Both the position numbers and the translations under genes were made by a program. The notes under the pieces were generated by a model, which saw only the letters and a program-made list of their open reading frames with translations, had not been told where the DNA came from and made no database searches. This document shows positions 9,324 to 18,443 of a DNA stretch of 45,011 nucleotides, piece after piece. The DNA lies in the sequence record NC_073054.1. The stretch is one strand, 5' to 3'. Within the stretch, counting starts at the first letter, position 1. Every line of letters begins with the position of its first letter. This DNA comes from Escherichia phage JLBYU37.

Positions 9324-9899
9324 ATGTACGGCGAATATGAAATATCAGGTAAACAATTCCACCTGGCGGCAATGATAGCAAGCATCGAGTTTGACCAATG
9401 GCGCTTAAAGTCTGACGCGTGCAAGCAAAGCCGACTCGTCGGTGTGCTGGGTGAAATGTTTGCGGGCATGTACCTTGAAGGGCAAGCAGGCGGGCGCAGT
9501 TGTATACCGCAAGGTTTGCTCATGCGTACCGGCTTGTTTAGTGCCAATACCATTGATCGCGGCGATATCATCATGGTCGGCAAGCGCAAGGTGAAGTCCG
9601 GTCCCGACTTCCGCGAGCATGTGATCGATGCCGTCTGGACCTACGAGGTTAAAGCCACCAGCGGCATTCGCCGCGGACTGGTTGAGGCACGTTGCGCTCG
9701 CGAGTATCTTGCCCGTCGAGTTGCTGGTGTTATCCTGGTGAGCGTAGATTTCGGACAACATAACGCGCACGGCGTGATTGAAGATATCGCGGAACCATAC
9801 GTCATCGTTAATGACTGGCCCTTAGTGGAAGTTGAGGGCAAGGAATATTACGAAAGCCCGCTAGTACGGCGCAAAATGGACTGGGAAAACTCAAACTAG
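9324..9899 (+). CDS. hypothetical protein (191 aa), possible PD-(D/E)XK-fold nuclease
   Basis: AGGA RBS; candidate motif GDIIMVGKRK...WTYEVKATSG (D ... E-x-K). Confidence 0.4.
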   Translation: MYGEYEISGKQFHLAAMIASIEFDQWRLKSDACKQSRLVGVLGEMFAGMYLEGQAGGRSCIPQGLLMRTGLFSANTIDRGDIIMVGKRKVKSGPDFREHVIDAVWTYEVKATSGIRRGLVEARCAREYLARRVAGVILVSVDFGQHNAHGVIEDIAEPYVIVNDWPLVEVEGKEYYESPLVRRKMDWENSN

Positions 9900-9904
9900 A
9901 AAAA

Positions 9905-9930
9905 GGGGCCGCATGGCCCCTTCTATTTAT
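9905..9930. terminator. bidirectional hairpin terminator between convergent genes
   Basis: GGGGCC-gcat-GGCCCC with A run upstream and T-rich run downstream; separates gene 9324-9899 (+) from the tail fibre gene (-). Confidence 0.6.
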
Positions 9931-12344
9931 TTCTTCAACGCCGCGATCTCGGCCTTCAAATCCTCCACCTGCTTATTGAGATATTGAACACACCCCATCA
10001 AGTCCATTACGATCGGGTTAACGTCGATGGATGGGCGGTCCGTCATCTTCTCCCCGATCTTGTTGCCGTCTTCGTCGAGAATATCCTCGATCGGGAACTC
10101 GTGGTGCTTAACGTACTGCGGCGCAATTAACTCCGCTTCTTCGGCGATAATACCGAAGCGCTGGCGGGCCTGCTCATCATCCTTATACACGAAGTTAACA
10201 AGGTGCTGGCTGTTAATGCGGTCCATAGCTTCGCTTGCGTCCGCATCGGCAATATCTTTCTTATACTCGCGGCCGGATGTGCCTTGCAGCGCGATAGTCC
10301 CCGATGCGGTAGTCGGGAAGTTAAGCATAATTTCGCCGGTACGGTTCCCATCCTTACGTCGCATAAACAGGCGAAAATATCGAGTGCCGCTCTTGTCTAG
10401 TGCCGGTTCGAAGAACGTCCTACCGCCTACGACGTCGTTCGGCACGGTTTCGCCTACGGTGTAGTACGGTTCGAATGCAAATTGCGGGTAAGACCCGCGG
10501 CTTACTGCCAGGCTGCCGACGATATCTGACCCTGAACTGTTCACTGTTAGCTTGCCGGGTAGGGTCATCTCGCCGCGGGTGTTGAAGTCAATGCCTGAAC
10601 TCTGCGCCGTCTCCAGGTTAGTGATCGCCAGGCGGGCGTAAGTCTCACCGTCGATATTCGCACGGACGCGCAGCTTTGCTTCCGAGTGTAAAGAAGTACC
10701 GACACGATATTCAGATATAATGCTTCCGCCGTCTGCCGTAGTGCCCGCTGGTGGTTTAGTGGCGTCGCCGTTGATTACCGACCACGACGTGTTAGCGGCG
10801 GCGAATCCGCCTGACGCTCGAATAACCCACACGCCCATGAAGTTATTGGGGCGCAACTCCGATACGGTCCGGCCATAGATCGCGTTGACCTTCGAGGCGT
10901 CCATGTTAATGATGCCGTAGGAGACTGCGCCGTTACCAACAGGTAGGTTGCCTAGCGACCGATATTGCGAAGCCGCTCCACCAGCCCCGTGGAACGCGCC
11001 ACTTTCATGGTTGATAATACTTGCTGACCCGCCGCCGTGTAATTCGATGCGGCCTGTGATGTTAGGTGCTCCTGATTCGTAGATATACCCATCGTTGCCA
11101 CTTTGCCCGCCGTCACCCCGGCAGAACAAGCCGAATATTGACCCAGGCTGAACGCCATTACGGTCCGGCACTCGGAAGGTAGTTGTGCCGTCACCCGTAG
11201 AATACTTTCCGCGCTGATTTGGGTTTGCCAGCCAGGTCTCGTCACTAATTGGCGACAGCATTTGCGCATACGCCCAAAGCTCAGGCCAATCAGCGCGGTT
11301 TAACAATTGACCATCGGACACCACTTCGTAAGGTTGAATATACGCGCGGCTGTCCCGTAAATGGAAATCACCTACGCCATAGTTCATGACGCCGTTCATT
11401 GTAGGGCCGACAGTGCCGGTGTTGATCAGGTTCTGCACCCAGCGCTTTGTCGTGGCGTCGTAGTCACCAACAGGGTCGCCGGCCAGTGGTGTTGCCCCGT
11501 CCGGGCGAACGTTAAGCCAGGCTCGCGGTTTGTCGGTGAGTCCCGCCAGGTTGCCTGATTTTGTTAGCAGGTTATCCGCGTTAACGCTTTGCGCCCACTC
11601 CTCGGCCTGATCGCGGAATCCCTGCGCGGCTGTGCTGGCAGCTTGCGCGTCCGTCTTCGCGGTGTTGGCCTCGTCCCTCATAACGCCGGTGTCAGTCTTG
11701 ATCTGGTTCGTCTGGTCTTTGATGGCCTGCGTATCAGTCTTAATCTGGTCCGTCTGCGTCTTGATGGTATTGGTGGCGTCGTGGATAGCCTGCGTATCCG
11801 CCTTAATCTGGTCAGTCTGCGTCTTGATTGTATTGGTATCGTTTTTGAAGCCTTCGGCCTCATCCCGAAATCCTTGCGCTGCGGATTTCGATGCTTCGGC
11901 TTGCGCTGCGATGTCGCGCATCTCAACGGGGTCTACGTTCTTAAGCAATTCCGACAGGTATCCCCATGACATTCCCTGCATGACTTGCCCGTTAGGTAAC
12001 GTCACTGTGATTTCTTCAGCGTCGCCGAAGATTGCGCGCCAGTTGTTTTCATCTGCGATCATCAAGCGCAACGCTTTCTGCGCCTGTACTGTTACGCCCA
12101 TCGTTGCCAGCGACATGGTATCGCGCTTAACGCCATCCCACGCAAGGCCGGTTGCCGTTGGGCCGTCGAACGGCAGAACCAGCGTGAGCGCGGTTGCGCT
12201 TTCAATGGACGCGATTGCCACGGTGTAGGGGACTTGTCCTACCACCAGCGTTAAGAAGTCGCCAGCTTCAAACGCGGTAAACGTTGTGCCGACCCCTACT
12301 ACCGCCTTGCTATTGTTCGTTACGGATAGTGTACCCGCTGCCAT
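9927..12344 (-). CDS. tail fibre with C-terminal intramolecular chaperone (peptidase S74-like) domain
   Basis: Track ORF 9927-12371; likely start ATG 12344 (MAAGTLSV) with GAGGA upstream. Central coiled-coil repeats; C-terminus ...DADASEAMDRINSQHLVNFVYKDDEQ...LKAEIAALKK typical of self-cleaving chaperone domains. Confidence 0.8.
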   Translation of the reverse strand: MAAGTLSVTNNSKAVVGVGTTFTAFEAGDFLTLVVGQVPYTVAIASIESATALTLVLPFDGPTATGLAWDGVKRDTMSLATMGVTVQAQKALRLMIADENNWRAIFGDAEEITVTLPNGQVMQGMSWGYLSELLKNVDPVEMRDIAAQAEASKSAAQGFRDEAEGFKNDTNTIKTQTDQIKADTQAIHDATNTIKTQTDQIKTDTQAIKDQTNQIKTDTGVMRDEANTAKTDAQAASTAAQGFRDQAEEWAQSVNADNLLTKSGNLAGLTDKPRAWLNVRPDGATPLAGDPVGDYDATTKRWVQNLINTGTVGPTMNGVMNYGVGDFHLRDSRAYIQPYEVVSDGQLLNRADWPELWAYAQMLSPISDETWLANPNQRGKYSTGDGTTTFRVPDRNGVQPGSIFGLFCRGDGGQSGNDGYIYESGAPNITGRIELHGGGSASIINHESGAFHGAGGAASQYRSLGNLPVGNGAVSYGIINMDASKVNAIYGRTVSELRPNNFMGVWVIRASGGFAAANTSWSVINGDATKPPAGTTADGGSIISEYRVGTSLHSEAKLRVRANIDGETYARLAITNLETAQSSGIDFNTRGEMTLPGKLTVNSSGSDIVGSLAVSRGSYPQFAFEPYYTVGETVPNDVVGGRTFFEPALDKSGTRYFRLFMRRKDGNRTGEIMLNFPTTASGTIALQGTSGREYKKDIADADASEAMDRINSQHLVNFVYKDDEQARQRFGIIAEEAELIAPQYVKHHEFPIEDILDEDGNKIGEKMTDRPSIDVNPIVMDLMGCVQYLNKQVEDLKAEIAALKK
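11695..11841 (-). repeat. tandem ~63 bp repeats (about 2.3 copies) inside the tail fibre gene
   Basis: GTCTTGAT...CTTAATCTGGTC.GTCTGC units at 11695, 11758 and 11821 encode 21-aa repeats (TNTIKTQTDQIK.DTQAI.D). Confidence 0.6.
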
Positions 12345-12361
12345 AGCTAAATCCTCATAAA

Positions 12362-12407
12362 TTGGTTGCAATCCTGGCTGAGCGGTGTAATACTAAAACT
12401 CAACCAA
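12362..12407 (+). promoter_or_regulatory. promoter/operator in the divergent region between tail fibre and lipoprotein genes
   Basis: TTGGTTGCA 12362-12370 supplies -35 TTGCAA (12366-12371); TAATAC at 12388-12393; inverted half-site CAACCAA at 12401-12407. Confidence 0.45.
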
Positions 12408-12424
12408 ATATAGGAGATGATACC

Positions 12425-12643
12425 ATGAAAACTTTAATTATGATTTGTGCGGTTCTTTTGTCCGGTTGCGCCGACATGCCCGCTAAAGTCTGCGACGCCA
12501 CATACCAGAATAGCGGCATGGATTATGTGGTCCCTGTGTATGGTGTTGCGGACTTCTCCGGGCATAAAATGCTAAGGGCGGGTTATCCGTTTAGCTTCCA
12601 GTACGTGTCGGTAGACCATTTCAAAAACACCACCTGCGAATAA
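12425..12643 (+). CDS. small lipoprotein (72 aa precursor), candidate receptor-blocking superinfection-exclusion protein
   Basis: AGGAG RBS; signal peptide MKTLIMICAVLLSGC with canonical lipobox; reverse orientation between tail genes. Confidence 0.6.
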   Translation: MKTLIMICAVLLSGCADMPAKVCDATYQNSGMDYVVPVYGVADFSGHKMLRAGYPFSFQYVSVDHFKNTTCE

Positions 12644-12664
12644 TCCCCGAAAGGGGATTTTCTT
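12644..12664 (+). terminator. short hairpin terminator after the lipoprotein gene
   Basis: TCCCC-gaaa-GGGGA followed by TTTTCTT. Confidence 0.5.
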
Positions 12665-13338
12665 CAATCATAATTGGCCGTGTTAATCGCCATAATCGCG
12701 TTGCCGTTGTTAGTATACCCCACCACATCCCCCGTGGCGTTCCCCGACGACGCTGCCGATATACGCGTTCGCGACCCATCAAATCTGGCCCCCGTGTACG
12801 CCGTTACCGATATTACTTGCGGCTGGCCCTGCACAAAAAACCGGATCAGCGTAGACCCCAATATGCCCGGAGCGACGGCGTAGCTGCCATTTAGCGTCTG
12901 GTCAATGTTAATCCCCCCGTTAGCGCCTGGCGATCCGACGGTAACTAAATCGCTTAGTACGCGACTCTCATTAGTAAGCACTAGCTTCCCCGTCTTATCC
13001 CAAATAGCGAAGCCCCACCGCGGAAGGGTCTGTGGGAATATGGCAAAGATGTAAGCCGTCATCGTGAAGCCTTGCCCGAATGGATTGCTGGCGCTCACCT
13101 TCACCACATTACCAACGCGAGAAGACCCTACGACGGTCGGCTGGGCGGTGTGCGTAGTTTTCACAAACGCTATTGCAGGGTAGTCACCACCCAAATTAAT
13201 ATCGGCAGCCGCCGACTGCGCAGTGCCGTTAGCCGAAGACCCAACAACCACACGGCGGAATAGACAAAACGGCGTCGATTCTGGTGTGATAAACGGGTTG
13301 CCGTTTGGTAAGTCAATCAACGCGCCGTAATTAGCCAT
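12664..13338 (-). CDS. tail-associated hypothetical protein (224 aa)
   Basis: Gly/Ser/Thr/Asn-rich beta-type sequence downstream of the gpJ-like gene; start coupled to the upstream stop. Confidence 0.5.
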   Translation of the reverse strand: MANYGALIDLPNGNPFITPESTPFCLFRRVVVGSSANGTAQSAAADINLGGDYPAIAFVKTTHTAQPTVVGSSRVGNVVKVSASNPFGQGFTMTAYIFAIFPQTLPRWGFAIWDKTGKLVLTNESRVLSDLVTVGSPGANGGINIDQTLNGSYAVAPGILGSTLIRFFVQGQPQVISVTAYTGARFDGSRTRISAASSGNATGDVVGYTNNGNAIMAINTANYD

Positions 13339-13640
13339 TATGCTCGCTCCACAAAAACAATAACGTCACATTCAGATGCGGAGTAAACCCCGCCACCTAC
13401 CGCACTTGCCGCGGAAACCGTGATAGTGTTCCCGCTGGCGGTTATTCTGCGGCCTGGCCCGACCGCGCCTTTATCCAGTGCGACCACGTATCCGACCTTC
13501 ATCCCCGCCGGTACAGGGAATGACCATGCGCCTGATTTTTGTCCTTCCGCAAGATGAATCCTTCCGATCACGCTTACCGGTTTAATGCCGTAGTTGTTTG
13601 GGCGTCCTTGCGCGTCCCACGTTGCGATACCGAATGCCAT
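13338..13640 (-). CDS. tail-associated hypothetical protein (100 aa)
   Basis: Compact ORF directly after the gpJ-like gene; no motif recognised. Confidence 0.45.
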   Translation of the reverse strand: MAFGIATWDAQGRPNNYGIKPVSVIGRIHLAEGQKSGAWSFPVPAGMKVGYVVALDKGAVGPGRRITASGNTITVSAASAVGGGVYSASECDVIVFVERA

Positions 13641-13676
13641 AAATAACCTCGTTAAAAAGGGGCCGAAGCCCCTATA

Positions 13677-16600
13677 CTACCAGCTACCAGTAAGCTCACC
13701 AATCTGCACGCGGAGAACGCCGTTTCCGTCCTTCACGCTGATTCTTGTGTTCGTCTGTTTCATCCCGCCGCCGCTACCGGTGCCCAGGTTGATAAACGTT
13801 CCATCTTTCCCTAAGCGCCAGCCGCGCGTGCTGCCGTCGTAGTTATTCGATTGCAGCGTGTCTGTTATCTGCGCGAAGTTGATGGACGCGTTCTTGATGC
13901 GTGCCGTGTCGATATACACCGCGCCACCGTCCACAATAAACGCAGACGACAGCGTCCCATTGGACGGATGCATGATGTAGAACTGGTCCGCCTTGAACGC
14001 AATACGCGATTTAACCGCGTTGCCAGACGTCACAACGGAAAGCTGCATACCCGCATCATAATAAGTCCCGTTATATGTCACGCCAGCCTTAAGGCTATAC
14101 GTGGCGCTACCACCAGAGTGGTTAAACGAGGACGTCATCTTCTGCTCGATAGCGGCGGACTGCTGACCGAACTGTGTAGCGACCTGGGTCTTATATTCCG
14201 CCAGCGCTCCCGCCACGTCTGCGGTTGCCGTTTGTACCTGCTGGATGGCGGCTTCCTGTTCCCCGAACTTAGCGGCAACAGTTTGCTGGTACTGGGCGAA
14301 CGCTTGTTCCTGTGTGCTCTGCGCGGTCTGCAACGTGTGGATCGCAGCTTCCGCGTCATCAAGTCGCGTGCCGATCAACGTCTCCAGTTGAGCGACCGCC
14401 TTGTGGGCGTCCGCCGCCACGTTATACGCGACCGAGATTTCCGCATAAATACCCTTGTACTCGGCGCGGGCGTTGAACAATTGCTGCGCGTCGGTGAGCA
14501 TCGCCTCGTAAATACCCTGCGGGATCGTGTTGATTGCTTCCTGGAAGCGTTTACCATCCTCGGAAGTCAAGAACTCGTCATCAAGCCCCTTCATGTACTC
14601 GTCAACTTTGTCACTCACCTGCCCTTCAAACGGGGCCGACCAGTCCGACAGGTTGCCGATTTTATCCGCTACACGGGCGCGCAACTGCTGGTAAATTCCG
14701 AACTCCAGCGATGTTTGCGCATACTCCGCCCCCGGATATGGGACGTTGGTAAGGAATTTCCATTCAGTCTCACCGGTCTTGCGCACTTCAAGCTCGGTGT
14801 ACGAGATATCAGTAGCGGCGTTGTTGTGGTTCCACTTCCACAAGATCTGGTGAAGGCCCGAAATAGCGTTGGTGATGATTGGTGCGTTAAGCCCACCGAG
14901 ACGACCTTCCACCGGCGTGATGGCGGACGACACCCACGGAGATGAAATCTCGCCCATACCGATCGCGCGGACGCGTGCCTGGTAGTTACCGGAGAACACG
15001 TTGGGGATGTGCGCCCCATTCGACGCCGTGCGTGGGATATTCACCCAGTCGTTACCCCACTGGATTTCCATATTCTGAAGGCTGGTACGCCTCCACTGGA
15101 TTTCATACACCACGGCATCCTTCACCGGAGGGAATACAATATCCACGTTGGTGATTAGCTGCCCTTGCGATGAAATCTGCGACGGGGTGATGGTCACGGA
15201 TTCCGGCCCCTTCATTACCCCGTCAGGCACTTGCGTAAAGATACCCGGATCAAGGCGCGCGCCATTATCAACGGCATCATACTTGCTATCGTTGTACTCA
15301 ATCCCGCGCACCGAGAAAGTGCTCGTAGAGTCGTCATACTCCAGGTCGGTGATGCGGAATTTCTGCAACTGGATATCGTCGCCATCAACGCAAAACGGCT
15401 GGTCAGGAATAGGGTTGGCGTCCAGTGCGGTTTTTAGCGTTACCTTGTTGCCGTTGACGCTGGCGATCTCGCGAGTCTCCACATTACCGCTATCGGTGCG
15501 TACCAGGAACTTATCGCCAGGGCGGAATGTGATTTCGCTGTCCGTGTTCAGCACGGTACGAGTTCCGGGGTCCGACAACAGTCGACCGCCACGCGTCTCA
15601 AAACCGCCAGAAATGTTTGTATCCGCGATCGCGACTACGCTACCGGGAATAAAGAATAACCCTTCCATGCCAACTTTAAAGCTAACTTGCTGGTCAAGCT
15701 GGTTGGAAATTAGCGCCCAGTGCCCGCGACGCTGCGCTTCAGATTCACGCGTACAGCCGATCGCCGTAATATCGAGACGGTTAATCTTATGGCGGCGTAC
15801 CAGTTCGACACGTTGCCCCGTTGCGATAGCATCTTCATAGTGGTTCTTCGGGTTGCCGTATGCTACTGCGAACGTGGAGTACCGAGTTTTCTGGCTACCG
15901 GACGCGTAGTCGAAGCGCCCATCAATAACCGAGGCGTTGGTGATAGTGTGCGACACTGCTGCGACCGGTTGGTCACTGACGATATTCAACATCTGGTTGC
16001 CCCACCAGGTCATTCCGGCGAAGATGGCGGCTAAATCCTTAAGCACGGTCCAGGCATCCGTCTGTGACTGAATGTACATATCATTCTTAAAGCGGATTTC
16101 TCGGCCACCGTTGCCGTCGCTGACCAACTGATCGCAGCGCTGCGCAATCTGGTAGAGCGCGTATCGGTTTAGCATTTGCGGTTTGATACGCCGACCGAGG
16201 CCGAAGCGCTCAGTAATACAAATATCGTACCAGTGCCACGCAGGGTTATCCGTCCATGCGCGTTTAAACGTGCCGTCCCAGTCCCCGGAATAGGTATGAT
16301 TGATCGGGTCGTAGTTGTTCGGTATTAGAACTTTGCGACCTTTGCACTTAATGGACACGCGAGGGATGTTCTGGAACGCTTTGGCGTCGAACTCCACAAA
16401 CAACAGCGCGGTTAGCGGGTAACGCAGGCGGGCGTCAATAATCTCAGTGATGGACTGCACCCGGATATCATTAACCACTTTCGCCGATGTGGAGTCTGCC
16501 GTTATGCGGTGCACCTCCACGCGCCAGCCGGTGTTAACGTTCGGAGGTAATTCGATGCGGTGGTCGCGCTCATATAGCGACATTGTTTTACCAACGGCGG

Positions 16601-17096
16601 CGAATCTGAACTCACGCGGGTCGGCGTTATCCGTATACACAACTATCTTATAGTCGATGCGCCCGCCCACCAGGTCGCCATTATCTTCGTTAGTGTACAA
16701 GGCTGGAATGCCGATTCGAATGCGCACGGCGTCAAGACTGGTGTCATTAATCTGGCGCACCCACGGCGTGCCGTTTTCCAGTTTTACGCCTACGGATTGC
16801 TCACTTTCCACCGCTGAAAATCCGTGGATCACGTCCTGGTGCTGTGTGCCTGGGCGGAACTCCACGCGCGCGCCGGGGAAGTTTTCCGACAGGTCGGCGT
16901 TCTGGATCGGAGTGCCGTCCAGATATACACGCTGCCGTAATTCGCTGTCGCTGGTAATACTTTCGAATTCCCCTTCCCCTAGCGCAAGCAAGATGCGGAT
17001 TTTAGCCAGGGAATGCAGGCTATCCGGCGTTTCCTGCGGGGTGTGCTGTTTGCCGCCGCCGCCTTTATGCCCTGTGACGTCGTAGATAATCGTCAT
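13677..17096 (-). CDS. central tail fibre / host-specificity protein (lambda gpJ-like)
   Basis: 1139 aa; size and position after gpI/K/L/M-like genes. Confidence 0.8.
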   Translation of the reverse strand: MTIIYDVTGHKGGGGKQHTPQETPDSLHSLAKIRILLALGEGEFESITSDSELRQRVYLDGTPIQNADLSENFPGARVEFRPGTQHQDVIHGFSAVESEQSVGVKLENGTPWVRQINDTSLDAVRIRIGIPALYTNEDNGDLVGGRIDYKIVVYTDNADPREFRFAAVGKTMSLYERDHRIELPPNVNTGWRVEVHRITADSTSAKVVNDIRVQSITEIIDARLRYPLTALLFVEFDAKAFQNIPRVSIKCKGRKVLIPNNYDPINHTYSGDWDGTFKRAWTDNPAWHWYDICITERFGLGRRIKPQMLNRYALYQIAQRCDQLVSDGNGGREIRFKNDMYIQSQTDAWTVLKDLAAIFAGMTWWGNQMLNIVSDQPVAAVSHTITNASVIDGRFDYASGSQKTRYSTFAVAYGNPKNHYEDAIATGQRVELVRRHKINRLDITAIGCTRESEAQRRGHWALISNQLDQQVSFKVGMEGLFFIPGSVVAIADTNISGGFETRGGRLLSDPGTRTVLNTDSEITFRPGDKFLVRTDSGNVETREIASVNGNKVTLKTALDANPIPDQPFCVDGDDIQLQKFRITDLEYDDSTSTFSVRGIEYNDSKYDAVDNGARLDPGIFTQVPDGVMKGPESVTITPSQISSQGQLITNVDIVFPPVKDAVVYEIQWRRTSLQNMEIQWGNDWVNIPRTASNGAHIPNVFSGNYQARVRAIGMGEISSPWVSSAITPVEGRLGGLNAPIITNAISGLHQILWKWNHNNAATDISYTELEVRKTGETEWKFLTNVPYPGAEYAQTSLEFGIYQQLRARVADKIGNLSDWSAPFEGQVSDKVDEYMKGLDDEFLTSEDGKRFQEAINTIPQGIYEAMLTDAQQLFNARAEYKGIYAEISVAYNVAADAHKAVAQLETLIGTRLDDAEAAIHTLQTAQSTQEQAFAQYQQTVAAKFGEQEAAIQQVQTATADVAGALAEYKTQVATQFGQQSAAIEQKMTSSFNHSGGSATYSLKAGVTYNGTYYDAGMQLSVVTSGNAVKSRIAFKADQFYIMHPSNGTLSSAFIVDGGAVYIDTARIKNASINFAQITDTLQSNNYDGSTRGWRLGKDGTFINLGTGSGGGMKQTNTRISVKDGNGVLRVQIGELTGSW

Positions 17097-17710
17097 TCGT
17101 TCAAGTCCTCGGTTACTATTCCGGCTGAAATAATAGCGCCGCCGATCTCACGCTCGCCCCATAATACACCAAGCGCCGTGCCTTGCGCTGTTGTATTCAC
17201 TGGCCCGCCGAACGCGTACGACGCTTTGTTATCCACGTCCTGCCTTGTCTGCAATCCTTTCGGTTGTGGCGACAGCAATTGCATAACGCCACCCAGCGCC
17301 ATCGACATCCCGAACGAAAACGTCGCCGTCCCGATAGCGGCAGCGGTTGCAGCCGAAGCCCCGAAAGCGGCAGTAGCAAGTCCGCCCGTATAGAACGACG
17401 CCACTACGATCGCGACACCCGCCAGCAATTGTCCCAACCCTCTTTTTGCGCCCGTCATAACCGGCGCGATGGTAACTACGCGGTTGCCGTGGAACTCGCC
17501 CAGCTCATCATAGCCGGTCATCGTGTGGTCGCCTTTGCGCACCTTGAACATCATATTGTCCAGGTGGGCCGACATTAGAAAGTCCTGTAAGCCGGGTAAC
17601 TTCACGCACAGGCCGGTGATACCCTCGCCCGGAGTGAAGCAGTCCAGCTTATGCACTTTACCGAATCGACGTCCTAAAACGCCGTATAATTTAAATGTGG
17701 TCATTGCCAT
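17093..17710 (-). CDS. tail assembly protein (gpI-like)
   Basis: 205 aa with hydrophobic Gly/Ala-rich C-terminus; between gpK-like and gpJ-like genes. Confidence 0.55.
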   Translation of the reverse strand: MAMTTFKLYGVLGRRFGKVHKLDCFTPGEGITGLCVKLPGLQDFLMSAHLDNMMFKVRKGDHTMTGYDELGEFHGNRVVTIAPVMTGAKRGLGQLLAGVAIVVASFYTGGLATAAFGASAATAAAIGTATFSFGMSMALGGVMQLLSPQPKGLQTRQDVDNKASYAFGGPVNTTAQGTALGVLWGEREIGGAIISAGIVTEDLNE

Positions 17711-18441
17711 TCTGTTATATTCCCCGGTAGGTCTTTATGACGTACCCATTTAACCACATTGTCCCGGAAAAATCCTGACCGGAAGGGTATCACGCTCGAC
17801 AGACTGCCGTAGATATGGTGTAGGAGTTGGTTGCCTGGAAGGAATATCCCGGCGTGGTTAGGCACTGGCGCGCTAATCTGCATGATGACCATCGCCCCCG
17901 GCGTATTCTCCTCGCATTCCCTGAATCCAGCGCCGTACCAGTTATCCATATACAGATTTTCGCCTGTCTCCCACCAGTTATACGGCACGCGGAAGTCTGG
18001 CAAATTTACTCCCTGCTTTTTGTGCCAGTCCATGACGAGGCCGTAACAATCCGTAATTCCGAGAACAAATCGGCGGCCTACCAGCGGCGGGTCTTCCGGG
18101 TCAATCTCAATAAAGTCGCCATATTCGTTAGTGATGGTCCACACTACGCCGCTGCCGTTGCATCCGTTAACGTCGCCCAGTGAGGGGGTTAACTCGCGCT
18201 GACCTGGGTGTGAGTGGACTACGCGCACGACGTCGCCCATATCCTCGGCATCCATCCAGGCCATATCACTAATCGTAAAAGCGTCTTTGCGGGAGCGCAC
18301 GCCGGTCGGGTCTTCGAATACGTTCAGACATGGTACGAACACTTGCTTACGACCCACCATGACAACCAGGCCACAGGCTTCTTCCGGCAGACACGCCGCG
18401 ACGTGTGCGGCGATATCGCTTTTAACCTTTTTCGTTAACAT
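17701..18441 (-). CDS. tail tip assembly protein (gpK-like, JAMM/MPN plus NlpC/P60-like)
   Basis: 246 aa; VVHSHPG metalloprotease-like motif; synteny. Confidence 0.7.
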   Translation of the reverse strand: MLTKKVKSDIAAHVAACLPEEACGLVVMVGRKQVFVPCLNVFEDPTGVRSRKDAFTISDMAWMDAEDMGDVVRVVHSHPGQRELTPSLGDVNGCNGSGVVWTITNEYGDFIEIDPEDPPLVGRRFVLGITDCYGLVMDWHKKQGVNLPDFRVPYNWWETGENLYMDNWYGAGFRECEENTPGAMVIMQISAPVPNHAGIFLPGNQLLHHIYGSLSSVIPFRSGFFRDNVVKWVRHKDLPGNITEWQ

Positions 18442-18443
18442 AA

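Noticed and set aside
13851-14945. 364-aa plus-strand ORF antisense to the gpJ-like gene
   Set aside because: Arg/Leu/Val-rich composition characteristic of an antisense frame; completely embedded in a 1139-aa structural gene with clear synteny.
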